64,000 bases of DNA from a virus. Its lineage: Duplodnaviria > Caudoviricetes. A program made the position numbers and the translations under genes. Positions 51,761 to 60,470 of the stretch are shown here, in pieces. Each line of letters starts with the position of its first letter. The stretch's first letter is position 1. Where the stretch lies: the IMG/VR virus record IMGVR_UViG_3300028797_000004. One strand, given 5' to 3'. Below the pieces are notes generated by a model that was not told where the DNA came from, did no database searches, and saw only the letters and a program-made list of their open reading frames with translations.

Positions 51761-52228
51761 ATGAGGAGAGTAATGTTTTGGGACGACAATAGGTGCGTCA
51801 AGGTGGTCATGCTTGCAGGGTTCAACACTGATGAGTGTCTTAAGATGGCACATTTCTACTACGTGAATCTTCCTAACGACGAGCAGTTCAAGTATACAGA
51901 CATTCAAGTAGACCCTTTCGACTACGGTCGCATTGATGTATCTAAATCCTACAAGGAGTTCGGCAGTTCGCTGCTGAAAGCTATCAAGTGGCTCGACGAC
52001 AATGATTTCGAGGCTACACTTACAACGTACAACACCGATAGGGCTGTCTTTCGTGTTTATCGCAACGGTACAGAAGACGAGCTCACGCTTACTAATGCAG
52101 TACTCAATCCTACAAAGGTCAAAATCCTTGACTACATGGAGCAGTTCCTCAAGAGCTTCAAGATGAAGCAAGAGATTGAACGACTCAAAGCTGAGAAAGC
52201 TGCACGTGACGCTGCTAAGGAGGTCTGA
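51761..52228 (+). CDS. Early hypothetical protein
   Basis: GGAGG RBS. Confidence 0.6.
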   Translation: MRRVMFWDDNRCVKVVMLAGFNTDECLKMAHFYYVNLPNDEQFKYTDIQVDPFDYGRIDVSKSYKEFGSSLLKAIKWLDDNDFEATLTTYNTDRAVFRVYRNGTEDELTLTNAVLNPTKVKILDYMEQFLKSFKMKQEIERLKAEKAARDAAKEV

Positions 52229-52231
52229 CAT

Positions 52232-52468
52232 ATGAATATCAGAGAAGCTGAAGAAATGCTCGAGTACGAGCTCAGTGTCAAGCGCAGAGCGCTTGAATAC
52301 ATACAGGAGAATGCAGATGACTTCGACGATGACGAAGAAATCGACATGGACGAACTCTGCAGATCTATCGCAGAGGAAGACGAATACAACTTCCAGCGTA
52401 ACGAAGAAAATTCACTTCGTAACGCTTGGCAGCAGGATCTTATCGACATGTACCGCTTCGAGAGATAG
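52232..52468 (+). CDS. Small very acidic early protein (possible DNA mimic)
   Basis: DDFDDDEEIDMDE; GGAGG RBS. Confidence 0.55.
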   Translation: MNIREAEEMLEYELSVKRRALEYIQENADDFDDDEEIDMDELCRSIAEEDEYNFQRNEENSLRNAWQQDLIDMYRFER

Positions 52469-52478
52469 GAGGCAGCAT

Positions 52479-52727
52479 ATGAAAACTACAGTATACGTGA
52501 GCTTGATCACACCAAGCAGCAATCTTCGCATTGCTGAAATCGACAACGTGGAGCTCAAGTACGGCCAAGCTTTCTTCACCGAAGAGCAGTGGGCAGCAGT
52601 CAAGCAGGCGGAAGCAGCTAATACTCGCAACCTCAAAGGCTACTCTATCGAGTTTCACATTCCTGGCTGTACGCCACTCCAAGGTGTTCACTACCCGAGC
52701 ATGCAAAGACGAGGACAGGTGCGCTGA
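52479..52727 (+). CDS. Early hypothetical protein
   Basis: GGAGG RBS. Confidence 0.55.
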   Translation: MKTTVYVSLITPSSNLRIAEIDNVELKYGQAFFTEEQWAAVKQAEAANTRNLKGYSIEFHIPGCTPLQGVHYPSMQRRGQVR

Positions 52728-52800
52728 GGGGTCTACCTTCAGCGCTAACCTTTCATATTTACATACGAATCTCTAACAGAAAGTGAGGTATCACTCTAGT

Positions 52801-53181
52801 ATGAAAATGTACGTGAAAGCTGCTACTGATGAGCAGAATAAGTATAAGTCAAACCTGAAGAGTGCAGGCCCAAAGCTTCGCGCTGATATCAAGAAGCTTG
52901 AAAAAACACTCAAGGATGTACAGAAGAAGAAGGACGAGCTCAAAGCTCTCCTTGATTCAGCTGACATCATATATCCTACAGAGGAATACGACATCAAGAA
53001 CCCAGAAGATTTTGAGTGGTTCATGGACGAGAAGAGAACTTCTGATGACGAAGCAGACGAAATCTACAGCCAGTTTGACGAAGCAATGAAACTCGTTGAC
53101 GAGTATGACGAACTCGCAGACTATTTAGACAAGCTCAAAGATGCACTTGAGAAGCTCCCAAGTGATCTTGATCTTGATTAA
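52801..53181 (+). CDS. Tagged coiled-coil protein (MKMYVKAA)
   Basis: GAGG RBS; late motif upstream. Confidence 0.65.
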   Translation: MKMYVKAATDEQNKYKSNLKSAGPKLRADIKKLEKTLKDVQKKKDELKALLDSADIIYPTEEYDIKNPEDFEWFMDEKRTSDDEADEIYSQFDEAMKLVDEYDELADYLDKLKDALEKLPSDLDLD

Positions 53182-53195
53182 GAGGTGAGCCTTAC

Positions 53196-54200
53196 ATGAA
53201 ATGGTACATACAAGGTCAAGCTAAGAGCTCCAAAGATATTGAAAACACCCTCAAAGATCACATCACTGAGATAGAACTCAATTTCATAATGCTTGTGCTT
53301 GGTCCTGGTGTAAGTACTCGACATCACTGGAAGCAAGAAGTCTACGCACAGATACACGATGTACCAGTAACTAAGAAAAGTAAGCAATATCCTACAGAAG
53401 CTCAGCTTTACAAATGGCTGTACACTGATAATATTCCTGATTTTCAGGAACCTAAAAAGTTCAGAAAGTTGCTCAAGGCAATTTCTGATAAAGAAAAACA
53501 GCTCCCGAAACCTGGAGATGCTGAAGCGTTGCAAAAGCAAGTAATTGAGTACCTACATGAGTATTTCACTTGGCTTGCTGCTGCACTTTCAGAAGACGGC
53601 TACGTCACGCTTTCAGAAGTTGAGGAAGCACTTACACATATTTTAGAAAGTGGTGAAAACACAATGAAAAAATACATTAAATCTGATTCACTTGATGATC
53701 CTCGTGTATGGACTAAAGCACAGAGGGCAAAACTTATAGATCTGATCGACAAGTACTACGACGATGACTCAAAGTATGAGTATGTAGAAGAGGTGCTTGA
53801 GGAAGTATCCGGTCTAGATTTCGATGAGCTTGATGACAACGACTACGGTACTGGTGAAGGCTTCTACAAGCACTTCACATCAGAGCAGCTGGCTGAAGCT
53901 TTCAAAAAGCTCAGATCTGCATACGGATCAATTGACGGCTGCTCTTCTGTAACAGCTGCTTCCGCAAGCAATGTTGAAGCTAGAGTTCAAGAGTATGTAG
54001 AAGGCGTGCTTCATGATGCACTTGAAAATCTTGAAAACACAGACCTAACAGCTAATGTAGTGCAGCAGAAGGTTGGCGGATACAACAGCGATTGGTGTAA
54101 TGAAGAGGCTCTCCCATCAGGTACAATGGCTAAGTTTGACAAAGCTGTAAAAGCTCTTGCAAAGCTGTATGCAGAAACTTTATTCTGGAATGAACCTTGA
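53196..54200 (+). CDS. DUF29-like paralogue 2 fused to further tagged modules
   Basis: MKWYIQG start, RHHWKQEV; internal MKKYIKS at 53664 and VTAAS. Confidence 0.6.
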   Translation: MKWYIQGQAKSSKDIENTLKDHITEIELNFIMLVLGPGVSTRHHWKQEVYAQIHDVPVTKKSKQYPTEAQLYKWLYTDNIPDFQEPKKFRKLLKAISDKEKQLPKPGDAEALQKQVIEYLHEYFTWLAAALSEDGYVTLSEVEEALTHILESGENTMKKYIKSDSLDDPRVWTKAQRAKLIDLIDKYYDDDSKYEYVEEVLEEVSGLDFDELDDNDYGTGEGFYKHFTSEQLAEAFKKLRSAYGSIDGCSSVTAASASNVEARVQEYVEGVLHDALENLENTDLTANVVQQKVGGYNSDWCNEEALPSGTMAKFDKAVKALAKLYAETLFWNEP

Positions 54201-54217
54201 CTGAGAGGTGAGCTTAT

Positions 54218-54553
54218 ATGAATATAAAGCGTAAACCTATAACTGCTGCAAGCCGCGGCGCATCAGGCGCTGCAGCCATAGCTAAGAAAGATGCAGAAAT
54301 GGCAATATATCTTGCTCAGCAAGGTGAAACCGACTGCGAACTTGAAATAAACAGCAAGCTTGACAACGATCGTTATTGGGCAGTGTTCAACAGAATGCTT
54401 AAAGAGGCAGATGTTTACTACACTATTGAAAGCAATGACGCAGAGTACCTTGAGGGTACAGGTTTAAATTACTATTACTTGCGCATTTGGACACGTGATT
54501 CAGCTGATGAGCTATTTGCTCCGAATGCAGAGAAATATGCCCCAAGGTGGTGA
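54218..54553 (+). CDS. Tagged hypothetical protein (IKRKPITAAS)
   Basis: GAGGTG RBS. Confidence 0.65.
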   Translation: MNIKRKPITAASRGASGAAAIAKKDAEMAIYLAQQGETDCELEINSKLDNDRYWAVFNRMLKEADVYYTIESNDAEYLEGTGLNYYYLRIWTRDSADELFAPNAEKYAPRW

Positions 54554-54559
54554 AAACAG

Positions 54560-54772
54560 ATGAAACTATACATTAAAGCTTCTGCAGATCCGAAGCAGAA
54601 GAAAAACAAAGCGCTCAGAGAGTTTGATCAGCAGCTTCTAGACGAAGCATTGTCAAAGCTGAATAAAGTATATGAGTACAACTATTCAGAGTCTTCACAT
54701 GATAAGGTGTCACGTCGCCTTGAAGTGATCATGAAGAAGATTAAAGAGCTCAAGGCTCTGGAAATCGATTAG
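54560..54772 (+). CDS. Tagged small protein (MKLYIKAS)
   Basis: RBS; shared leader. Confidence 0.65.
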   Translation: MKLYIKASADPKQKKNKALREFDQQLLDEALSKLNKVYEYNYSESSHDKVSRRLEVIMKKIKELKALEID

Positions 54773-54794
54773 ATCTAGATGGAGGTCAAGAGCT

Positions 54795-55325
54795 ATGAAA
54801 CTTTCAGCTAAAGACAAGAAGACATTTGGGGCTATAACTGCTTCAACTGATGTATACTCACATGATATACTGAAGATGCAAGGCAACTGGGCAGCTCCTA
54901 AGAAAATTGAACAAGCTCTCAGAGATGAAATCTCATCAGATGATACAGTAATTGAGGTCAAAGCTACATATACACCTGAGCGCGATACGACAATCATAGC
55001 ATTCAAGTATATTGACAAAAGTGCAACGAAAGACTTCGCAGCTGTGAAGTCTTCGACAACAATCAATGCTGCTTATGGGTCAATTACAGACCCTAACAAC
55101 GTCACAATTTCTGAGCTCATGAGTCGTATTGACGTAGAGCAACCAGACCTCTGGGACGATGCTGTCAAGTATCTTGATAAATGGCTTGATAATCCTGAAG
55201 ATGTATGGGCAGATGACTGCCCGGACTGGGAAATTGCTTCCTGGGGTATAGGCTCAGACAACATTATAACTACATTAAAATCTGCCCTTGAGACTGGTGT
55301 AGTTGAAGACATGTATACATCCTGA
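54795..55325 (+). CDS. Tagged two-module protein (AITAS, INAA)
   Basis: GGAGG RBS. Confidence 0.6.
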   Translation: MKLSAKDKKTFGAITASTDVYSHDILKMQGNWAAPKKIEQALRDEISSDDTVIEVKATYTPERDTTIIAFKYIDKSATKDFAAVKSSTTINAAYGSITDPNNVTISELMSRIDVEQPDLWDDAVKYLDKWLDNPEDVWADDCPDWEIASWGIGSDNIITTLKSALETGVVEDMYTS

Positions 55326-55368
55326 AGTCTTGGTGTAAGGGTATCAATTGAAGGGAGGAGCGATATAA

Positions 55369-55701
55369 GTGTTAAAAGGCTTCATTATTAAGCGTGCACG
55401 AGTTGAAATCATATCTCGTGCAGAATACGACGGCGCAGATATTCGGTTACCTGACACCAGAGAGCTGTTTAAGTCCATAGACGAGGTCTTAGATTACATC
55501 GACTCTAGTGAAGAGCTATACGCTACTGGGTGGGGAATTCCTACTCGTCTATATGACTACCACATTGAAGAAAAAGTCAATCATGTAGTCCTGCGTACAT
55601 CTTCTACTGACGCTGATGTAACTGTATCATTTCAAATGGTCATGCCCTCATGTACTATAACTCTTGATGAGTTAAACAATATTCAATATTTATTTAAGTG
55701 A
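55369..55701 (+). CDS. Hypothetical protein
   Basis: GGAGG RBS. Confidence 0.5.
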   Translation: MLKGFIIKRARVEIISRAEYDGADIRLPDTRELFKSIDEVLDYIDSSEELYATGWGIPTRLYDYHIEEKVNHVVLRTSSTDADVTVSFQMVMPSCTITLDELNNIQYLFK

Positions 55702-55934
55702 CAAAGGCGAGCTTCGAGACGAACGAGCTAGAGTATACTTCAAAGGTCAAATCATCACAGGTCATCCGCAGACGTTACAAGTGCTGTAATCACACACATA
55801 CATGCCCTCAGCGTTGAAGTCTAACACTGAGGGCAAACCTATTATACATACATAGACGTGAAACACATCTTTGTGTGTTCTCACAACGTGATAAACACAC
55901 TTACAAATACAGATCAATAAGGAGTGATAACAAT

Positions 55935-56480
55935 ATGTTCACACCACTTTCAATGGGTACAAATCATATGCTGGCTCAGGACAACATGGTTCCTATAACA
56001 ACAAATAACTTTGAGGTTCGCTTGTTCAACCTAGACGGCAGCCAGCCTTCCGAATCAAACATCTTAACACTCTACACAGATGAAATCGGAGATGTCCAGG
56101 AAGAACAAGACATCATATCTGTTCACTATGGTAACGGTGTACAGAAGTTCCCTTCAAAGGTTACTTTCGCAGATGTAGACTGGACACTGAATTACTTCTG
56201 CTCACCTAATGTAGCTGATGCTATTCATGCATGGAGAGAGAAAGTATTCGAGTTCGAGTCACAGAAGATGGGCTTACCAAGCCAATATATGAAGAACGCA
56301 TATTTTATCAGATATGACGGTCAAGGTAACCCGCGTAGCATCATATATCTACCTTGTGTATGGCCTGGCGCAGTCCGTGAGACAGGTGGAAATCAGCAGG
56401 GCGGCGAAGTTGTAAAAATTTCATTCCCGCTGGTGGTTTCCAGAATGCAGTACATCAAGCCAGAGGACTACAGAGGTTGA
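55935..56480 (+). CDS. Tail tube protein (T4 gp19-like)
   Basis: NNFEV...KFPSKVTFADV...W...YMKNA...YDGQG.....VWP; late motif upstream. Confidence 0.75.
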   Translation: MFTPLSMGTNHMLAQDNMVPITTNNFEVRLFNLDGSQPSESNILTLYTDEIGDVQEEQDIISVHYGNGVQKFPSKVTFADVDWTLNYFCSPNVADAIHAWREKVFEFESQKMGLPSQYMKNAYFIRYDGQGNPRSIIYLPCVWPGAVRETGGNQQGGEVVKISFPLVVSRMQYIKPEDYRG

Positions 56481-56582
56481 CCACATAATCGTTATTAAAT
56501 TTGAAAACTATAAAGCGCAGCTTTCAGGCTGCGCTTTTGTGTTTCACACAGCTATACACAATGTAAGGGAGTTGATCCAGAT

Positions 56583-56810
56583 ATGATCAAAGGTACAAAC
56601 TATGATGTGCTCATGAAGAAAAACTTAGCCGATTTGCTAGAGAGCATGAATACAAACCTCATGGAACGACAAGAGGAAGAATATAGCTCACATAGAGTAT
56701 GCATCATGGACGCGCTCAATGTGAACTCACCTCTCTACTGTCATGAATTCAAAAGTTGCTTTGATTGTATCTGCAACTTCTTACATTCAGAAAGTAAGGG
56801 GAGATTATAA
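56583..56810 (+). CDS. Small Cys-rich protein
   Basis: C-terminal C..CI pattern. Confidence 0.5.
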   Translation: MIKGTNYDVLMKKNLADLLESMNTNLMERQEEEYSSHRVCIMDALNVNSPLYCHEFKSCFDCICNFLHSESKGRL

Positions 56811-57145
56811 TGAACGCAAGTATAGACCCAATGTGGCTCGAGCAACTCAAACAAGTAACAATCAAAGGCGAGAAGTTTCGCTCGCACATGATAAACCTTG
56901 ATGCAGGACAATTTGATAATCTGATATATGGAGGTACAAACAGTATACGTGTACCTAAGCAGGATTTCAAACTCGGAGATTCAGTGGTGCTAGTACGCAC
57001 TAAGAATAACAGAACTACACCTCAGAGGTGCGTAGCACTCATAGAACAGATTACAGATGATGATTGCTTCAAACGATTACAACTTGAAATAGTATCTGTT
57101 TATACAGAGCTTGGGCAGAATACCTTCCCCCTCCCCCACTTCTAA
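56810..57145 (+). CDS. ASCH/DUF3850-like protein, C-terminus altered by the IS insertion
   Basis: H.I.L...F..LI.G......DFKLGD; removing the IS gives the end ...VYTELATYVS*. Confidence 0.5.
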   Translation: MNASIDPMWLEQLKQVTIKGEKFRSHMINLDAGQFDNLIYGGTNSIRVPKQDFKLGDSVVLVRTKNNRTTPQRCVALIEQITDDDCFKRLQLEIVSVYTELGQNTFPLPHF

Positions 57146-58589
57146 GCGAAGCGAAAGTGGGGGATGAATGCCGATTGTTTTTTTTACTGAAACTATTGAC
57201 AATCAGTAAAATATATGCTATAATAGATACATAGGGAATGTCCTAAATCTAAAAGGAAGGGGAAAAACCATGTATCTAACAGTAAAGCAAAAAGTAAAGC
57301 ATCTGTCAAAGGGAGAATACAGCATTTTGAGAGAATTGTGTCATACAGCAAAAAATCTTGCCAATGAAGCAATCTATAATGTCCGTCAGTATTACTTCAC
57401 AGAGGGAGAATATCTGAAATACGAAAAGAATTACGCATTGCTGAAAGACAGTCCTAATTACAAAATACTCAACTCCAATATGGCACAGCAGATTTTGAAA
57501 GAAGTAGACGGTTCATTCAAAAGCTTTTTCGGACTTCTGAAACCTGCAAAGAAAGGCAAGTATTCTTTCAGAGACTGCAAATTACCGCATTATCTCCCAA
57601 AAGACGGATTTGTTACGCTTGTGATAGGATTTGTCAGGCTGAATGGAAATAAGCTGATTCTTCCATATTCCAATACATTCAAGAAAACGCACAAGCCTGT
57701 TGAAATCAAAATACCGCCGATACTTGCTGACAAGCATATCAAAGAAATCAGAATCATTCCGAAATCAGGAGCAAGGTTCTTTGAAATTCAGTATACTTAT
57801 GAAGCTGAATGTATTCAAAGAAATCTTAACAAAAACAATGCACTTGCTCTGGATTTAGGTGTGAATAATCTTGTGACTGCTGTATCAAGTGAGGGCAGAA
57901 GCTTCATCATTGACGGCAGAAAGCTGAAATCTGTCAATCAATGGTTTAACAAAGAAAATGCACGGCTGCAAGGTATCAAAGACAGGCAGGGTGATAAAAG
58001 AAGAACAACAAACCGTCAGAAAATCTTAGCTGACAAAAGAAACAGACAAGTCAATGACTATATGAGTAAAACTGCAAGAAAAATCATCGATTACTGTATT
58101 GCTCATGATATTGGAACGCTTGTAGTCGGATATAATGAAACATTTCAGCGAAATTCTGGCATGAACAAGCGTAACAATCAGAATTTTGTCAATATTCCGT
58201 ATGGTAAACTGCGTTCCAAACTGGAATATCTTTGTGAACTGAACGGAATTGTTTTTGTCAAGCAGGAAGAAAGCTATACTTCACAAGCATCTTTCTGGGA
58301 CAGGGATAATATTCCTGTCTATAATGCAGACAATCCGCAGTCCTATAAATTCAGCGGAACACGCATACGAAGAGGATTGTACAAAACTGCTGACGGAATA
58401 TTGCTTAACGCGGATGTCAATGGTGCATTGAATATTTTAAGAAAAAGTAGCGTTGTGGACTTAACAGTCCTATACGGTAGTGGCGAAGTGGATACGCCTG
58501 TAAGAATAAGGGTTGCCTGATTTCAGGTGGAAACTTAAATACCAATCTTCTTACGAAGCCCCTGCCTCTTTAGGCGGGGGAGAGTTCAC
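57104..58589 (+). mobile_element. IS1341-like (tnpB-only) IS200/IS605 element
   Basis: Follows TTTAT; left-end hairpin TCCCCCACTT/AAGTGGGGGA; own TTGACA-17-TATAAT promoter; right-end hairpin then TTCAC. Confidence 0.8.
57270..58520 (+). CDS. tnpB: TnpB (VVG/EESYTS clade)
   Basis: ALDLGVNN, LVVGYN, QEESYTS, NADVNGALNI. Confidence 0.92.
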   Translation: MYLTVKQKVKHLSKGEYSILRELCHTAKNLANEAIYNVRQYYFTEGEYLKYEKNYALLKDSPNYKILNSNMAQQILKEVDGSFKSFFGLLKPAKKGKYSFRDCKLPHYLPKDGFVTLVIGFVRLNGNKLILPYSNTFKKTHKPVEIKIPPILADKHIKEIRIIPKSGARFFEIQYTYEAECIQRNLNKNNALALDLGVNNLVTAVSSEGRSFIIDGRKLKSVNQWFNKENARLQGIKDRQGDKRRTTNRQKILADKRNRQVNDYMSKTARKIIDYCIAHDIGTLVVGYNETFQRNSGMNKRNNQNFVNIPYGKLRSKLEYLCELNGIVFVKQEESYTSQASFWDRDNIPVYNADNPQSYKFSGTRIRRGLYKTADGILLNADVNGALNILRKSSVVDLTVLYGSGEVDTPVRIRVA

Positions 58590-58706
58590 ACAGAGCTTGC
58601 AACTTATGTGAGCTAATGCGAGATTAAACGAGATGAAATATTTCAATGTGTATCGGTATCGTTATATACTACGAGTATAATATTTCAAATAAAGGAGGTT
58701 TCTAAT

Positions 58707-59156
58707 ATGAAACTTTACATTCGTGCAATGTCAGAGACAAAGCAGAAAGTCGAACAAGATTTTTACCATCGTGCTGACGTGACGTTAGAGCATATCATGA
58801 AATTAGTTCTTATGCCTGATCATGAATCTCGGAATCATTGGCGTAAAGAGATCGCTACACAATTTTTCAAGCTCCCTAAATTCAAAGGCAGCAATAAGTA
58901 TCCAACTGAGAAACAGATATTTGATTGGACTTACAATAAATGGGCAGATGAAATGCATGATCCTAGATGGATGCAGAATATGATGCTTCGTCTATGTAAA
59001 GACTATCGTGTTATTTCGCCTTACACTGTTAAAGAATTTGCAGTTAAGGTGAACCGTATTTGCAAATCATATTTTGCATATGCAGCGCAGCAGCTACATC
59101 TGAATCAAACACTACCGTCTGCAGATACATATGCTTTTCTAGACGAGGTACTGTGA
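58707..59156 (+). CDS. DUF29-like paralogue 3 (MKLYIRAM)
   Basis: HIMKLVLMPDHESRNHWRKEI...KGSNKYPT, near-collinear with 36227. Confidence 0.65.
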   Translation: MKLYIRAMSETKQKVEQDFYHRADVTLEHIMKLVLMPDHESRNHWRKEIATQFFKLPKFKGSNKYPTEKQIFDWTYNKWADEMHDPRWMQNMMLRLCKDYRVISPYTVKEFAVKVNRICKSYFAYAAQQLHLNQTLPSADTYAFLDEVL

Positions 59157-59215
59157 TCGTTATTTATGTGTGTAGAACATAAATCATTTTTCATTGTTGA
59201 AAGGAGATATTTATC

Positions 59216-59431
59216 ATGTTGTATTGGGTGTTAGTAGCAATCTGCATAACTGCAAGCCTTTGTATGTTTGCTTGGTGTGGAAAAGAGGGCTGGAAGCTTT
59301 ACAATCAGTCCTCACAAGAGAAGTCAGACAAGTATCGTGCTGAGCGTAGAGCCGAGAGAAAAGCACGTCAGGCGTTTGACGATATGATTGCTTCACACAG
59401 AGATGCACTTTGGCACGCTATTACAAAGTAA
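59216..59431 (+). CDS. Small membrane protein
   Basis: N-terminal TM helix; AAGGAG RBS. Confidence 0.55.
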   Translation: MLYWVLVAICITASLCMFAWCGKEGWKLYNQSSQEKSDKYRAERRAERKARQAFDDMIASHRDALWHAITK

Positions 59432-59481
59432 CCTTGAATATAGTTACAATAACTTTGAAACCGTCAAAGGAGGAAAATTGA

Positions 59482-60300
59482 ATGTTAACAGAATCTGTTG
59501 ATCTTCTGTGTAAAGGTATGTACGAAGGTAAGATACCTGATGTGCTTACACTCACAAGCTTACCTACAAGCTCTGAGCTTGATTATGTCGGCAGTGAGGA
59601 CTTCGACAAGATCATGTTAGAAGAAATCTTACCTCAAGCTGTTCAAGAGAAAGGCATTGATTTCTACAATCTTTACACAATAGATTACCACTGGGTGCTT
59701 CGCGCACTTCGTATCTTGAATTATGGTCCATACTTCACAACTAATTCATTGTATTGTTCTGAATGCGGCCCGTCTTACGGAGAATATCAAGTTCGTCTTG
59801 ATGCTATTGATTGTGTACCACCTCCAGAGGGTGCGACTGCTACTGTTGTAATTCCTAAAGAGGAGTTTTTCGACGTCAAAAGCGATGTAGAAATGCGGCT
59901 ACTCACAATGCGCGAATCAATCAATGCAAATAAAGACCCATTATTCAAAGACAAGAAAGGTAAGCAGAACACAGAGTTTGCTCGTGTATGCTATATGATA
60001 TCTAAGCTGAATAACAATTCAAATATGAATGTCCTTGAGAAGAAGATGTACATAGAGAATAATTTCTCTAGTGCAGATTTCAAGATACTCAAAGATACAG
60101 CTTACAGCAAGATGGACTACGGTCTGAGAGCTGCTGGTCATGCTACTTGCCCTAAGTGTAAACAGCTTAAAGCTTCTTTCCTTGCGCTTGATGACGATAG
60201 ATTTTTTCGTCCAACCCTGGACGATCTACGGAGATGGCGAGACGATAGAAATTCAAGGGGAGAAAAAGACGTACTTACAGGTGCGTCAAAAAATGCATGA
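59482..60300 (+). CDS. Baseplate hub/tail assembly chaperone (T4 gp26-like)
   Basis: LRILNYG..CSEC...CPKC...RFF; lies upstream of the tape measure gene. Confidence 0.6.
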   Translation: MLTESVDLLCKGMYEGKIPDVLTLTSLPTSSELDYVGSEDFDKIMLEEILPQAVQEKGIDFYNLYTIDYHWVLRALRILNYGPYFTTNSLYCSECGPSYGEYQVRLDAIDCVPPPEGATATVVIPKEEFFDVKSDVEMRLLTMRESINANKDPLFKDKKGKQNTEFARVCYMISKLNNNSNMNVLEKKMYIENNFSSADFKILKDTAYSKMDYGLRAAGHATCPKCKQLKASFLALDDDRFFRPTLDDLRRWRDDRNSRGEKDVLTGASKNA

Positions 60301-60463
60301 TAACATCATAGATGAGATTATGTTTGTTTCAAGAGCTTCGGAAGGTGCAGTAACACCGGATTGGATGATGCAGCAGCCTATTTCAGTAAGAAAGAAATAT
60401 GTTGATAATTTCATGAAGGAGCTCAAAGAAAGGGAACAGAGATTAGTGAAGAACAGGAAGTGA
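60293..60463 (+). CDS. Second tail/baseplate chaperone segment (gp51-like)
   Basis: EI.F.......MMQQPISVRKKY pattern; frame open from 60140. Confidence 0.5.
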   Translation: MHDNIIDEIMFVSRASEGAVTPDWMMQQPISVRKKYVDNFMKELKEREQRLVKNRK

Positions 60464-60470
60464 TCTTTCC

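Noticed and set aside
50578-55352. Third promoter motif TAAGGGTAT...TTGAA (50578, 55336)
   Set aside because: Only two copies, too few to separate from chance
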